Assembly: GCA_003344405.1 (NCBI GenBank)
Contig: NOWV01000011.1
Coordinates: 62,001 to 126,000, forward strand
From: Trichoplax sp. H2
Taxonomy: Eukaryota
Reading direction: 5' to 3'
DNA length: 64,000 nucleotides
Under the pieces are notes generated by a model. The model worked only from the letters and a program-made list of their open reading frames with translations. It was not told where the DNA came from and ran no database searches. This document shows positions 47,536 to 59,898 of this stretch, in pieces. The first letter of the stretch is position 1. Each line of letters begins with the position of its first letter. A program made the position numbers and the translations under genes.

Positions 47536-50500
47536 TTATTGCTTAATTACTGAAGATGAGAAATGAGTTGGAGGTTTTTGTGCTACATGAGATTGTGGTT
47601 GATTGGCGTAAGTTTCGGACCAAAATTTTTGAGGAGGCCTTGATTGTTGCTTCGGTTTCTTGCTTTTATTACTACCAGGATTTGACGAATCCAGCATAGG
47701 TTGCAGTATTCTTCGCCGTGCATTTATAAACCTACGACAATCACAAACATAAAAACAATAACATTATGATCTTTCTTTACTTAAACCATTCTTGCACCAT
47801 TTATAGTTGATATCAAAAATCATTAACTTTGTCAGTTAAAATTATTTTATACCAGTTGTTAACTTGCAAGATTGAAAGATTAGTTTGAGTAGCTATAGCT
47901 CGTTTTTCATCTTCCGTAGGATAAGGGTGCTATATATAATATATTTAAATGTTGACATCATAATTAACTTCGGTTTAACTATAAGAGCCTGTAGGCTATT
48001 CAATGATATAACCCTTATAAAAAATCATCTCGATATGTTAAATGTTACCATTAAATGCTGGAAGAGCCAAGTTTTCATAACAGTTGTAGCCTGCTTCGGT
48101 AAAATACCGCGCTTCATCCTGTGATCTTTACTTTTCATATGCTCAGGGGTTATAGATGTTTCTCCGCCCGCTGAATCTTGCGCAGCGCTTTCAAGCAATA
48201 GCCTAGCTTGTGTCTGCGATTGATTACTGCATTCCACATAATTATTATTTGAAAGGTTACCAATATTAGGATACGAATCTACAGCGGAGCAGGATGTCGC
48301 ATTTGAATCGTAACTACTAACGACTATCTGCATATTTCCAGAAGCCGGCAAAGTATTACTAGTTGGAATTGCTGTTAGTGAAAGTTAAATTTCTCATTAA
48401 GACTTCACTTGTTTCGTGACATAAAAATTTAAAACAACGTATCTTCCTATTCATTAGATTAATGCTACATGTAAGAATGATAAATTACTCTGTTACCTAG
48501 TGAAGATTCCGCAATATTGCTAAACATCGAATGTTGCTCGTTAATTTGTCCAATTTCATGCTGACCTTGATTCGCGGAGCAGGACCCATTGAAAGTATTT
48601 TGCTCACGTAATAAATTATCACTATTCATTTTATTTTTCAAGCAGCCAATGTAACGTTGACAGAAATCTTTACATAATTCATTAACTTTTTCTAACTCAA
48701 GTAGGTGAATTCGTAATACTTGTATAGCTTTAATCATCTATATAATAAGAAAAATTGATATCCACTACGAGTTATAAGAGAAACACAAGCTTTATGGCGG
48801 CAATGCTTACTAAATTTTATTACAATCATTTTTCTTCAATAATTAATACTTACCATACTATTGACTTCTTCGTTTTCTGTCACACAATTCTTTCTCTCTT
48901 GACTCTGACGTCTTAAGAAATCTTCAATAGCAGCATCAAATGATGACGATGATGGACTTTCATTACCCCAAGTTGCCCGTTCACATTTTTCATATAGCAT
49001 GACTACAACGGATTATAGCATATTACAGAATGATTAAACACTTTAACGTAAAATTAACTTAAAACGATACTGCTTTATATCTTTAAACATATCATTGATG
49101 TAACTAATCATTACCTAATAACGGAAAGAGCGGATGATGATATATGGCTCTCTTTTCAGTTTGAAAGCTACCGTTTGGAAAAACTCCGATATCAGCCTGC
49201 GAATTTGTATTTTGTGGAGTAGCAGTTGGCATGTGACTGTGAATATCTTCGTACGGTGGTGGAGGTATCTTATCAGGAGGTAGACTGCTCGTATAATGAG
49301 GAACAAAATCATTGGGATTCATCATAGACATAGGTGGCATGTGATGTGGATGCATGCCATAAGTGGCCGCCATGACATGATGAGGAACTGGACCAGCCCT
49401 AGGGTTAAGGCTTGAGTCCATGTTCACTACACCAGGCCTAGACGAAGACTGCGAGAAGAAATCCGTCTTGCTAGTGTAATTATTTAACTTTAAAAAATGC
49501 AAACCAGAACCGCGGGTTTGTTTAGCGGTCTAAGACTTTAAGATAGCACAATTTTCGTTGATAAAGTTAGTCCAATTGTTGATTTGTTGTAGAATCTTAT
49601 TGCAACGATTGATTGATTAAGAACCGCCGATTTAATGGGATATATTTGGCTAGTAATCAACCATCAGTTGTTAAGAACGACCCACCTAGAGGTAATTTTT
49701 CAAAAATGAACCTGTTAATGCAGGGTTACTATAAAAAATAAAACATAATAGAAAGTGATGTTTGCACTTTATAATGATAACTCGATGAAAATACAGTATA
49801 GTGTGTAGAAAATGTTTTAATTCTTTCATTTCTCCATTAGCTTTGAAAACTTTTGCATAATGTATCGAATTCATTAAAGATCTATCCAATTTTCTCAAGA
49901 AATATTACTAAATCCATAATAGTTTACAGAAAGCAATATTAATCATTCTGATATAACTTTATCTATTCATAACATGTAGAAATCTCACGTTTTTCCTTCA
50001 TAAATTTATAACGATGAAAGTCTATTACCTACTTAACCTAACATATATTCTTCTATAAATGACTATTTAAGCGTATTCCACTTTGATTGAGGCATAATCA
50101 AAGAGTATCAAAATGTCAACAAATTAACGGCATTTTGCGAGAAATAAAAAAAACAACATCAAACCCACATGTACATCTGGTCAATGGATTCCCTTAAAAT
50201 AGTAGACTTTCAATATCATACTTGCATGAATATCATCGTCAATAGTTTATCATTAATAACAATAGAGCTATAATGTAGAATGCAATAAATTGACGAGAAT
50301 GATGATATAAGGTCACGAAATCAGTTCTATTTTAATCTTTCTTTACAAGTTTAATGTATTGATAGTGTATTTCTAGAATGTTTTGCATGAAGTGTGTAAT
50401 AATAGCCATAGCAAGACTAAAACTACCTATTTTTCGTTAATTTATTTTATTAAATAATTATGATGTTGAAGATAAGGTCATCCAATTCAACAAATAACAG

Positions 50501-53500
50501 ATTTCATAACAAACATACGTAACTGCATATAATTAATTCTAAATCTTTTATATCTAGCTATACGATGCTTATCGTTAAGTAGGCCATTTTAATATACGAT
50601 GAATACAAGTCACTATTAATTATAGATAAAATCGAATTCTATATTACGTTGTAACACATTCATAATATATTTTCAAATAAAAGTACGTCTCAATTAGGCG
50701 ATGTTAACGAGTTTAGTTTAGGATCAATCATTATTAAAAACGTGGACGCTGCAATCTAACATTTCGATATGCGAATATTAAGGCAGTTTTCCATGTGTGG
50801 TCAACTTGTTTCCTAATTGATTATTATAATAATTATCAAGATAGGAAAATGGATGAATAAAAAAAAATAGAAAATGATCACGAAGAATGGTAGCAAGAGT
50901 AAATAATTGCTCGACTAGTATTAGTAGCTATTATATGGGTTAGCCGTTAATATCCATGATGATTAGTTTGTAGTCGTTTATTCAAAGCTAAATAAACGTC
51001 TTACTAATTAGCCTTGATCATGAAAAATGTCAGTTTTATGCCAACATTTAGGCATGTTTACAATCATCGATGGCTCAAGGATAGCACATTTATTAGTAAA
51101 GCAGTCAAATACTGTAGGATGAATATAATCGTTCTTGGTCAAATAGTAGGCTAGTCCTATCTATCATACGTAGAATACAATATTCATCATTATGGTATTC
51201 CATCTTGACCAATTGGCATCACACTTAACAGTAAACTAAACTTGTTTTTTACTCTCTTTGAGATAGCAATACATTAACAACACATATTCTTATTTAAAAG
51301 TTCTCCATTGCTGTCATAATTCAAAGATTGATTTTATCCTATAGTAATCGTTGTTATAGTGGAGAAGTTATTCCATATCAAAGTGGAGTTCTACTGGTGC
51401 GTAACCTTGACAGTCACTAACATTGGTCCAATATGGCGTAAGTACTATTATACAATGCTGGAGTAGCGTAGGTAGTCCTACGAATAAGTCGTCTTACTTT
51501 GTGTTTTCCAATGTGAATGATGTCCTTCATGTCGAAAGAGAGAGTTTAAGCATTTCTAGCCATATCAATCTACAGTAAATCGACTCAAAAACGTCATTGT
51601 AACTAATATCAATACGAGTACATTGGTTTATCACCAATCAGGGCTAGCTGTCGACATTAGCAGTTGAAGAGAAAAATTTCATAAGAAAAATGCCGAAAAA
51701 TAATTGATCTTGGTGGCCTAAGAGCGCGTAAAAAAAGACTTTATCCTTACTTATCTCTTATGATGTTGTAGCATGCTGTATTTTATTACCAAACATCGAT
51801 AGCTAGTAAAAAAAATTCCCTGGAAAATAGTTCTGATAGTGACTGGATGATGACTTCTTCAAGTCGACCACTCCATATTCATAGTAACGTATCGTATACC
51901 CCGGTGCAACACCTAGCATAGTATTAGTAGTATTAACGAGTTGTCATTTTAAATCTTTTATTTATTACCATATTGATCAACATCGGATGAAGAAGAATAT
52001 CGAATGTGGCTCGTCTAAAGTCTTTGGTAATGACTATATTAAGTGACTGCTTAGTGTAGCATGGACATAATTAAAGCATAAGTCGATATCGCTATCGCCA
52101 CTACGATCGATATTTTGATGGTGTGGGATTTTTTTCCCTACTATAGTACACACTGTATGACACTATTTACAGTAAATTAGCCAAGTTAAGAGGTAGTACT
52201 GTAGAAATTTTCCAACTTTCCAACTTGCCATCGATACTATAGAACCATGTATCCCTCAACATTCGTGTTCAAATTACAGAGTATAGTCATCCTTTATAAG
52301 CAATAGATGGTAAAAAAAGTGGAATAAAAAGGATTTGGAAGGATTGATCAACTTTACTAGGTCATGTTTTTTTTCCCCTCTCGTTTTGATTGTAATGTCT
52401 AGCTATTAAAACTCGGTTAAGAGTAGTCAAAAGACTGCAACCTTCTTACTCTCGTTACTACTGCAAGTCCGTATCCTTCAGCGTAAAAATATGAAAAGGA
52501 TATTGAGCAGTCATATCATGTCAAAGCAATGGATCGAGAGAAAAAGTAATCAAAACAATTGGGAAAGATGAAGTTGTTGTAGCATTTTTTTTCTCCTTGT
52601 CGGATTGTGCTCCACATCCATAAGCAAAGCGGGTACTGTATGTAACTTGCTATCGATACTCGATAGCCATGTATGGATCACTATCAAAAGTACAATTATC
52701 CCCTCTAATTAAGCAATCGATGGAGGAAAAAGGCACTAAAAACGACTTGAAAAGTTGATTTATCATTTGTACTACTACTACAGTCGTGCCATAATGATGG
52801 AAAGATAGAATAAAGACACAATCATAGCACTACAGTACAGAGGATTAAGTGATTGCGAAATGTTTGAAAGATGGGAAGATAGAGATTGATTGATTATATT
52901 ACTACTCTAGTCATTAAGTCATCCATCATCAAATTATCTCCATGCCATATCACTATGTTTGTAAAAAAAAAAAGAGTCAACAGTAGATGATAGGAAGATG
53001 ATGAAATTGGCTAGGAGTCAATTTGTTCAATGATGGATCTCCTTGCTGTCAAGTCAACGAGTGGTGATGAGATTGTCATCCGAGTGAGTGAGAAGTGATT
53101 GAAGGCAAATTTGATGTTGCCCCCAAAGTGGAATAATGACCATTTCAAAGTGTCATTAAGGAAATCCCTTCACACTATGTTTAAGTTGTAGCACTCTAAT
53201 CAGCCTAGGTATAGAAATGATGATTTTGGATCCAATTTCATGCATTAGTGTATGGATAGAAGTGCATGTTGATCATGTCAAAATCGAGTTGTGTCAGTTG
53301 TGTGTAGAAGAGCAAGGAAGCGAGTAGGGTCATGGAGGCAGACATGTTGTATCATCGACCATGATGAACTAGGGCCAGATGAAGCATATGGAAATGACTA
53401 ATGCATCATCGTCTATGGGCATCCATTGCATCTCTCTTGCCCCATCGTGTTGGGTGACCGATGCAAAGCAATATCGCCATCATTTCTCTCTCGTTATGGC

Positions 53501-53795
53501 TTGAATTTTTCAAGCCATAACGAGCTAGGCGCGATTTCATCATCTCGTCATGGTGTCAATTTGTGTAGGGAAAAAAGGCATGTGAGAAGTGATAAGGGGC
53601 AAAAAAAACACAACAACAACAAGTGGATCATGGTGGATAACAAATGAAGCAAGCAACAAAATAGAAATTACTGGCCAATATCTATTAATCAGCTGTAATA
53701 GTTGTATTTTAATTTGTTGTGGAGATAAATGAATGGCCAGGAGGAGGGCAAGTTCAACATTATTTTACAGATGAGTGGCAGCTTACCTCTGTCAT
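47536..53795 (-). CDS. PKNOX: TALE-class homeobox protein PKNOX/Prep with MEINOX (homothorax-homology) domain
   Basis: Exons: 53795-53787 (proposed), 49448-49115, 49002-48854, 48737-48497, 48371-48049, 47929-47853 and 47731-47536. MEINOX blocks are [14 protein letters not shown]...YEKCERAT and [34 protein letters not shown]. The homeodomain reads [31 protein letters not shown]...[34 protein letters not shown] and the downstream RPPQKFW match PKNOX rather than MEIS. The extreme C-terminus may splice to a further exon near 47264-47180. Confidence 0.9.
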
Positions 53796-53920
53796 TCTTC
53801 GCCGTCTCAAAATGTTTAGCCACCGTCACCAGCTGTCATCTGTCATTGTGATTGGCAAGTTGATCACGTGGCAATCACCGATTCGTCGCACCAATGGTTG
53901 ACAGGTCACCGGGGCAACCA
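53787..53920 (-). promoter_or_regulatory. Putative PKNOX proximal promoter/5' UTR with TALE, CCAAT, E-box and X-box motifs
   Basis: On the + strand: CTGTCA at 53789, 53833 and 53840; ATTGG 53851-53855; CACGTG 53865-53870; CCAAT 53891-53895; TGGTTGACAG 53895-53904; GTCACCGGGGCAAC 53905-53918. GC content is locally raised. Confidence 0.55.
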
Positions 53921-54154
53921 GTACTCGCTGGTGAAACGGTACAGTACGCATTGAGCGTACGTCAAATACAGTTACGCTGTTGCATTTTGACTGGACTGTA
54001 GTGTACACTACTACCATCGACTATAGAGCCGGTGGCCTGGATGCTTTTTGAAGGGGACAAAATCGAAGAAAAGACGATGAGTTTTTGCCGCCTTTCTGTA
54101 CGTTAAAAAAGAAGAGAAACGAAGCCAAGGATCTCTACCGTATGACGTAATCCA

Positions 54155-54268
54155 GTACAGTGCTATACGGTACAGTACAGTACTGTAATTACTCATACTG
54201 TACAGTACAGTACAGTACAGTACAATGTACAGTGTACAGTACGTACTGTGCTGTACTGTACTGTACGA
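54155..54268. repeat. (TACAG)n/(CTGTA)n 5-bp low-complexity tract in inverted arrangement
   Basis: Runs of tacagtacagtacag... are followed by ...tgtactgtactgtac, centred on the palindrome CAGTACGTACTG (~54237-54248). Confidence 0.8.
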
Positions 54269-56779
54269 CTGAAGCTGGCAATAATACAACCACCGTACCG
54301 TCAACACTGCAGCCAGTGCAATTGGCACAGCGGTTGTCGACCGACCCAGTAACTGAATCAATTCATGATAGGAATAAAAGTTACTACTGGCAGTCGGTCG
54401 AAGCAGTCCCCTGCTGCAGGACTATACAACCGTGACAAACTTACGCTTATTAAGCGACATGGTCTAAATGGCTGCATAGACAGCATGGAATCTCTAGTTT
54501 ACAATAGAATAACAAATTTACAAATTGTCCTTACCAAAACTGACTAATCAAAAATTCCCAAACGATCAACCAGCATGTAAATTGACAAAATTGTAATCAA
54601 ACCGGCTTGACTGCCGACTGGATTGCTAGTGGTAGCAGATATACTGTAGGGTTGTAAGGTCTCCGCATTCCACCAACATGTCACTGGCGATTTAGACGCA
54701 GACAACTTGTAGTAGTCATCCCGTGCTAAAATGCAGTAATGGATCAATTACATACATGGATATCATCAGTAATTATGGCAGTACTGTATCAAAACGATAA
54801 TCAACACATTCTTACAACCTACTGCATATCTGCAACTACGACGAAGATACTAACTGTATATAAGTATTCAATAGACAGTAATTAATCATCTATACATACA
54901 AATACAATACCGTATTCGTATGTCTGTACCTATGTATTGAATAGAATAACTATTTCCTTATAATAGAATTACTCAATTGGGCTATTCATAACTAATCAAT
55001 AAAAATAACATCCATCAACGTCCAAAATGATTCCATTTTGCCACATAGTATTTACATTTCAGCAATCAATCAATTAATCTTAAGATAGCCAGCCACTTCA
55101 CATGAATACCCTCGCATTACTGCAGTACTGTGCTATAGTCTACAGTAGAGTGCACACACCCAAAAAACCTGAAAGATATTATGCAGTGCAGTAAATCAAT
55201 ACGAATACAGTAGAGGGGCAAAAAAATGTCGTTGCAGAACATTGCCTCTAATAAAAGAATATTACTGCATGAGGCGTTCGATAGAGCACATGACGCAATG
55301 TTTATTCTACTCCAATTTATTTACACGAATTATTATTATCGAACAATTCTCGAAAATTGGGGGATGCACAAAGTGCAATATATTAATATCGTGTATATCT
55401 TGTACACATCCTACTAATTATTAATTATAAAGTATTTTAGTCTTGACGTCAGAAATACAGATATGCATTATTACGCATTTGGTGATAATTTGTAACCTTC
55501 TACAGCAGTCTTAAGTATAGAATGTATAAGCGTTAAAAAGTTGTTATATCTAAAAAAAAAATGTCGTGCCATACTAATTTACTCCATTCGCATACAAAAA
55601 TTGATTTATCTACAACTATCGTGGATTAATTATTAAACAACTCAATATAGTATATTTATCCTTACATATATACTTGTATATACTGTATATACACATGAAC
55701 AGTACTTGTGCATCCATTGTCACCCAACCGCATAGGCGCACTAATGAGCTATAATTTGTATTTTTTGTATTTTAATAGTAATCCTAGGGAATACGTCTAG
55801 TAATGGAATTGTACACTATTTCTACCTTGAAGTGAATACTACCACCTTGATCATCACATTCATAAATCAGCGTTATCACACTTGGCTAGCAAAAGCTAAA
55901 GGAAACTCTATCTAAGCTATAGTATTAACCACTACTGTTAAGTACAATTGATAGAGGATATCGTTCAAGTCGATGTTGCCCAGTACTGTCATACCCAAGG
56001 CTTATAACTAATTATCAAGTATATAGCCCAAAAATATACGAATACACTGTATACTTAATTAGATATTCAATGTTGCCTGGTTTTACACTACACGCACATA
56101 TAACCATGATGCAAATACGTATGAGTACATGCTCCATTCTATAATCGTTATCCCGATTTACGTTAAGTAGCATGCAAAAGAATTATTTAAATCAACATTT
56201 ATTATAAACAAGAAATGCTAAAAATGTAATATAATTAATTATAATGACAATAACATGACATGTTAAAATTTCGTCAATCGCTAAGTATACTACGATAAAT
56301 AAGATCGTTCAGTTATGCAAAACTGTGCATTTGTTAATTAAATATAAAGGTCAACTTTTCGAAAATCTGTTTAAATCGTAATAATAAGTTGGAGTTTTTA
56401 TTTAATATTCAATTGACGAGTCAAATTGACTTCATTGATGTGCTCAAGGTTCTATTCATTAAATGAATCAATTAAACATAGAGTATTTTGGATCAAGACA
56501 TAATATTCTACACTTGGCTACAGAAAGCTGCAAGAGATGGAATTGTCTCGTCATGTTCCTTTCAAATAAATCATCGTTTTTTCATCTTACGTATGCCAAA
56601 ATTAACAAAAGCCTGCCTAAATGAAAAATTTTCAAGTGCAATAATCGTATTTACATTAGTTTGCTAATTCTGTTGCAAGAAATCACATAATCTAAGTACG
56701 TATTACATTATAGCAGATAAACAATGACTGTAATTTAATTAAATAATATTCCTTCGTACATATTTTGTAATCAAATTTT

Positions 56780-57853
56780 TTATATAAATACAACTCCTTC
56801 CTCGCTAACTATAAAGCGCTCTGCACTTTCTATTGATGATGGGTGTTCAAGTACTACGGAATAAGTCGCCGAATAGCTATTTGCTCCACTCAACTCCGAA
56901 TCAATTTTACTCAAAATATAACGATATTTAACAAGCTTCCTCCAAACATTGGGCATATATTCCATATGTTTACTATGTGTGCTGTTATAGTTAGAAGCGA
57001 TATCATTCCTAAGACGAGATTTATTAGCTAGTCTACTGTTTTCAAACTGCTTCCTAATAGCTGATTTGGTAGCAAGAACAATCAGATTATGTTCATCGCA
57101 CAGGTATTTGACAATTTTACATAATTGATCTACTCCACTGCTCGATGAAAATTTATCCTGCCAGTAGAACGAACCTATGCCATCAATGAGCATAATACCG
57201 ATATCAGGATTGCTAGAAATGCTATACTCCAGCAAATGCAATGATGTAATGAGTTGATGAATAGTGTCACAGCGTATGATATAAAATCGTTCCAAGCATT
57301 TTCGAATAAACTCTTCAGAATGCTTGACCATAGTTGCGTTAGATCCTTGACAAGCTTTGCAATAGCGTTGCTCCAGTATACTCATTAATCGTAGCAAATT
57401 AAAGTGATAATCACAATCAATATAGACGACCGACATGGATCTGCCATTCATTGCAATACCACGAAAATTATCCGGCATGATACACTTGATCATTAAATGC
57501 AGTAGCATTTCCGTTTTTCCACAACCCTCACTGCCGTAGAATTCTACTACATCACCACATGTTAAGCCGTTGAATTGTAATTTGCTAAATAGCCGATCTT
57601 CCATACCAATCACAGTTTGTCTAGAACCTAACCTAGCAAAGAGCTGGATCAAAAGATTGATGAAAGCTTATTATTACACGTATATTAAAACGTTATCTGT
57701 CTCAAGCATATACGTACTAATGCATACTGATTTGCCTACAACAGTAAACTTTATTTCTACATCATCTTCTTTAAAACTATGCAATTTTTATCTTTGTCAT
57801 TACGCTATACAATCGAGTGAATGAACAACCTTGGCAGCCGATTCGCTAGCCAT
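56780..57853 (-). CDS. XRCC2: DNA repair protein XRCC2 (RAD51 paralog), 2 coding exons
   Basis: Exon 1 (57853-57830, MASESAAK|gttgtt) splices in phase 0 to exon 2 (57643-56780, LFARLGSR...). Walker A is GSEGCGKT and Walker B is IMLIDGIGSFYWQD. YIDCDYHFNLLRL and EYMPNVWRKLV are XRCC2-typical. Confidence 0.92.
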
Positions 57854-58719
57854 GCTTGAACTCTTGAAATGGCAGACAGTAGGATCAGTTTGATATCAAT
57901 TCGTTGGATCGTTTTGGTATTAAAACTATAGTTCTGAATCTGCACAATGATTTAACCGTAAGATAGGATGTTTTCACTTTTTGAGATTGCATAAGCCAAC
58001 GCCTAATTAGGCAAGACATGGATTCCATCCATCTTGATCAATTTCCAGCTCTGCTCATTGCACTCTTCAATCCTCAGGTAGCCCCAGCAATTCATGCAAC
58101 TCGAACATACAGTCGAGAACTTATTGTGTATTACTGAAGGTGTACAGTATGCAGGCGTACCTACAGTTTGAGCATATACAGTATACTGTATCCTACAGTG
58201 TACTGTATGCTAGCAGTTATTTGTATGTACTGTAGGAGGGTGGCTAAAAAGCTCTGATCCACTTGAAGTAATTTCTCTACAGGAAGTTTTCACTTCGGAT
58301 TCGTTCCATAATAAGGCAACTGAAGTTCTGTACAGTATTATTCATTACAAAGTGTGCCAAAGCGTAAATACGTTTGACGAAAAAGTAAAGGTTGTTGAAA
58401 TTTTCGTCTGTACTTGAAGCAAGTACCTGGATTCATACTATAAGCTGTACTATATCAGTATGGCATGTGTGGAAAGTGAACGTTCCCCACTATCAACTTG
58501 CACTTCAAAATATAGATTGTAACAGGATGAAAAGTTGGAAAGTTATCGCTACCAACTTCCGTCACTTTACAATCATTGCCGAGATTGTCCCAGTATGGAA
58601 AGTAGAAAAGTCATCGTCTCTACTATTCACTTTCAGTACTTGATATTCAAAACATCGATTGTTGCTTACCTCTCCAAACCTGAAAGTTATCACCTCACTA
58701 TCAACTTTCAGTACCTGCA

Positions 58720-59692
58720 CGCTACAGTATCTGCTGTCGCCACAAATAGAAACATAACAGCCATTGCTAGAAACTTTTCCAAATTGCACAACTACTGTCT
58801 TCAGTACTATACTGTCGCCACAAATATTAAACATATCAGCCATTACTACAGACTTTTCCAAATTGCACTTTTACAGTGTTACTGTCTACTCTACTATCGC
58901 CACAAATATACAACTTAACAGCTATTACTACAGACTTCTCGAAATTGCATTGCTACCGTGGTACTGACCATTACTCCATACAATCCAAATTCCATTGCTA
59001 CCGTGGTACTGTCTACTCTACTATCGCCACAAATTCAAACGTAAGAGCAGTGCTCCACACAATCCAAATTGCATTGCTACAGTGGTGCCGTCTACTATAC
59101 TATCGCCACAAATGTAAAACATAACAGCCATTAGTAGAAACTTTTCCTCCAAATTGCATTGCTACAGTGGTACTGTCTACTAGGCTGTCGCCACAAATAT
59201 AAAACATTACAGCCATTACTACAGACTTGTACTCCAAATTGCATTGCTACCGTGGTACTGTCTACTCTACTATGGCCATAAATATAAAACGTAACAGCCA
59301 TTACTACAGACTTGTCCTCCAAATTGCATTGCTACAGTGGTACTGTCTACTAGACTGTCGCCACAAATATAAAACATAACAGCCATTACTATAGCCTTCT
59401 CCTTCAAATTATACTGCTACCGTGGTACTGTCTACTAGACTATCGCCACAAATATAAAACATAACAGCCATGACTATAACCTTCTCCTTCAAATTATACT
59501 GCTACCGTGGTACTGTCTACTAGACTATCGCCACAAATATAAAATATAACAGCCATTACTATAGCCTTCTCCTTCAAATTATACTGCTACCGTGGTACTG
59601 TCTACTAGACTATCGCCACAAATATAAAACATAACAGCCATGACTACGACTTCTCCACCAAATTCCGCTATTGTAGTGGCACTGTCTACGAA
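58720..59692. repeat. Tandem repeat (minisatellite), ~85-bp unit, about 11 copies
   Basis: Unit consensus is aaattgcattgctacagtggtactgtctactagactatcgccacaaatataaaacataacagccattactacagacttctcctcc. Units start at 59066, 59151, 59236, 59321, 59406, 59491, 59576 and ~59660. More degenerate or shorter copies start at 58781, 58861, 58942 and 58987. Confidence 0.95.
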
Positions 59693-59898
59693 CTAGAACA
59701 AGACTGCGTTGAGCTGACTCAGTATAGCCACGATGGTTAGATAGAGTACAGCACTCACAGTGTATCCGTGTATCCCTCCTACCTGGCCGTAGGCGCGGGT
59801 CTAGCTTGCCACCAATCAAACAACGCCTATCTCACTCTGAATCATTAATTCCGTTAGGTAAACTTAGTCCTACCTCTTGATTCATTAGCCTTGAAAGC

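Noticed and set aside
47536..49448. MEIS/homothorax orthology
   Set aside because: Homeodomain residues ([18 protein letters not shown]) and the RPxQxFW motif match PKNOX/Prep.
52990..53560. Intronic C/D-box snoRNAs suggested by several RTGATGA motifs
   Set aside because: Most are antisense to the host intron, and I found no properly spaced CTGA D box with terminal stems.
54011..54435. ORFs 54011-54361 (-), 54160-54435 (+) and the similar 8564-8788 (+)
   Set aside because: They are translations of TACAG/CTGTA low-complexity tracts (Y/C/T/V-rich) with no recognisable domain.
58720..59692. CRISPR-like array or repeat-protein ORFs (58392-59322, 59610-59819)
   Set aside because: Units are contiguous with no unique spacers, there are no cas genes, and the context is eukaryotic. 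The 85-nt period shifts frame, so the ORFs are by-products of the repeat.
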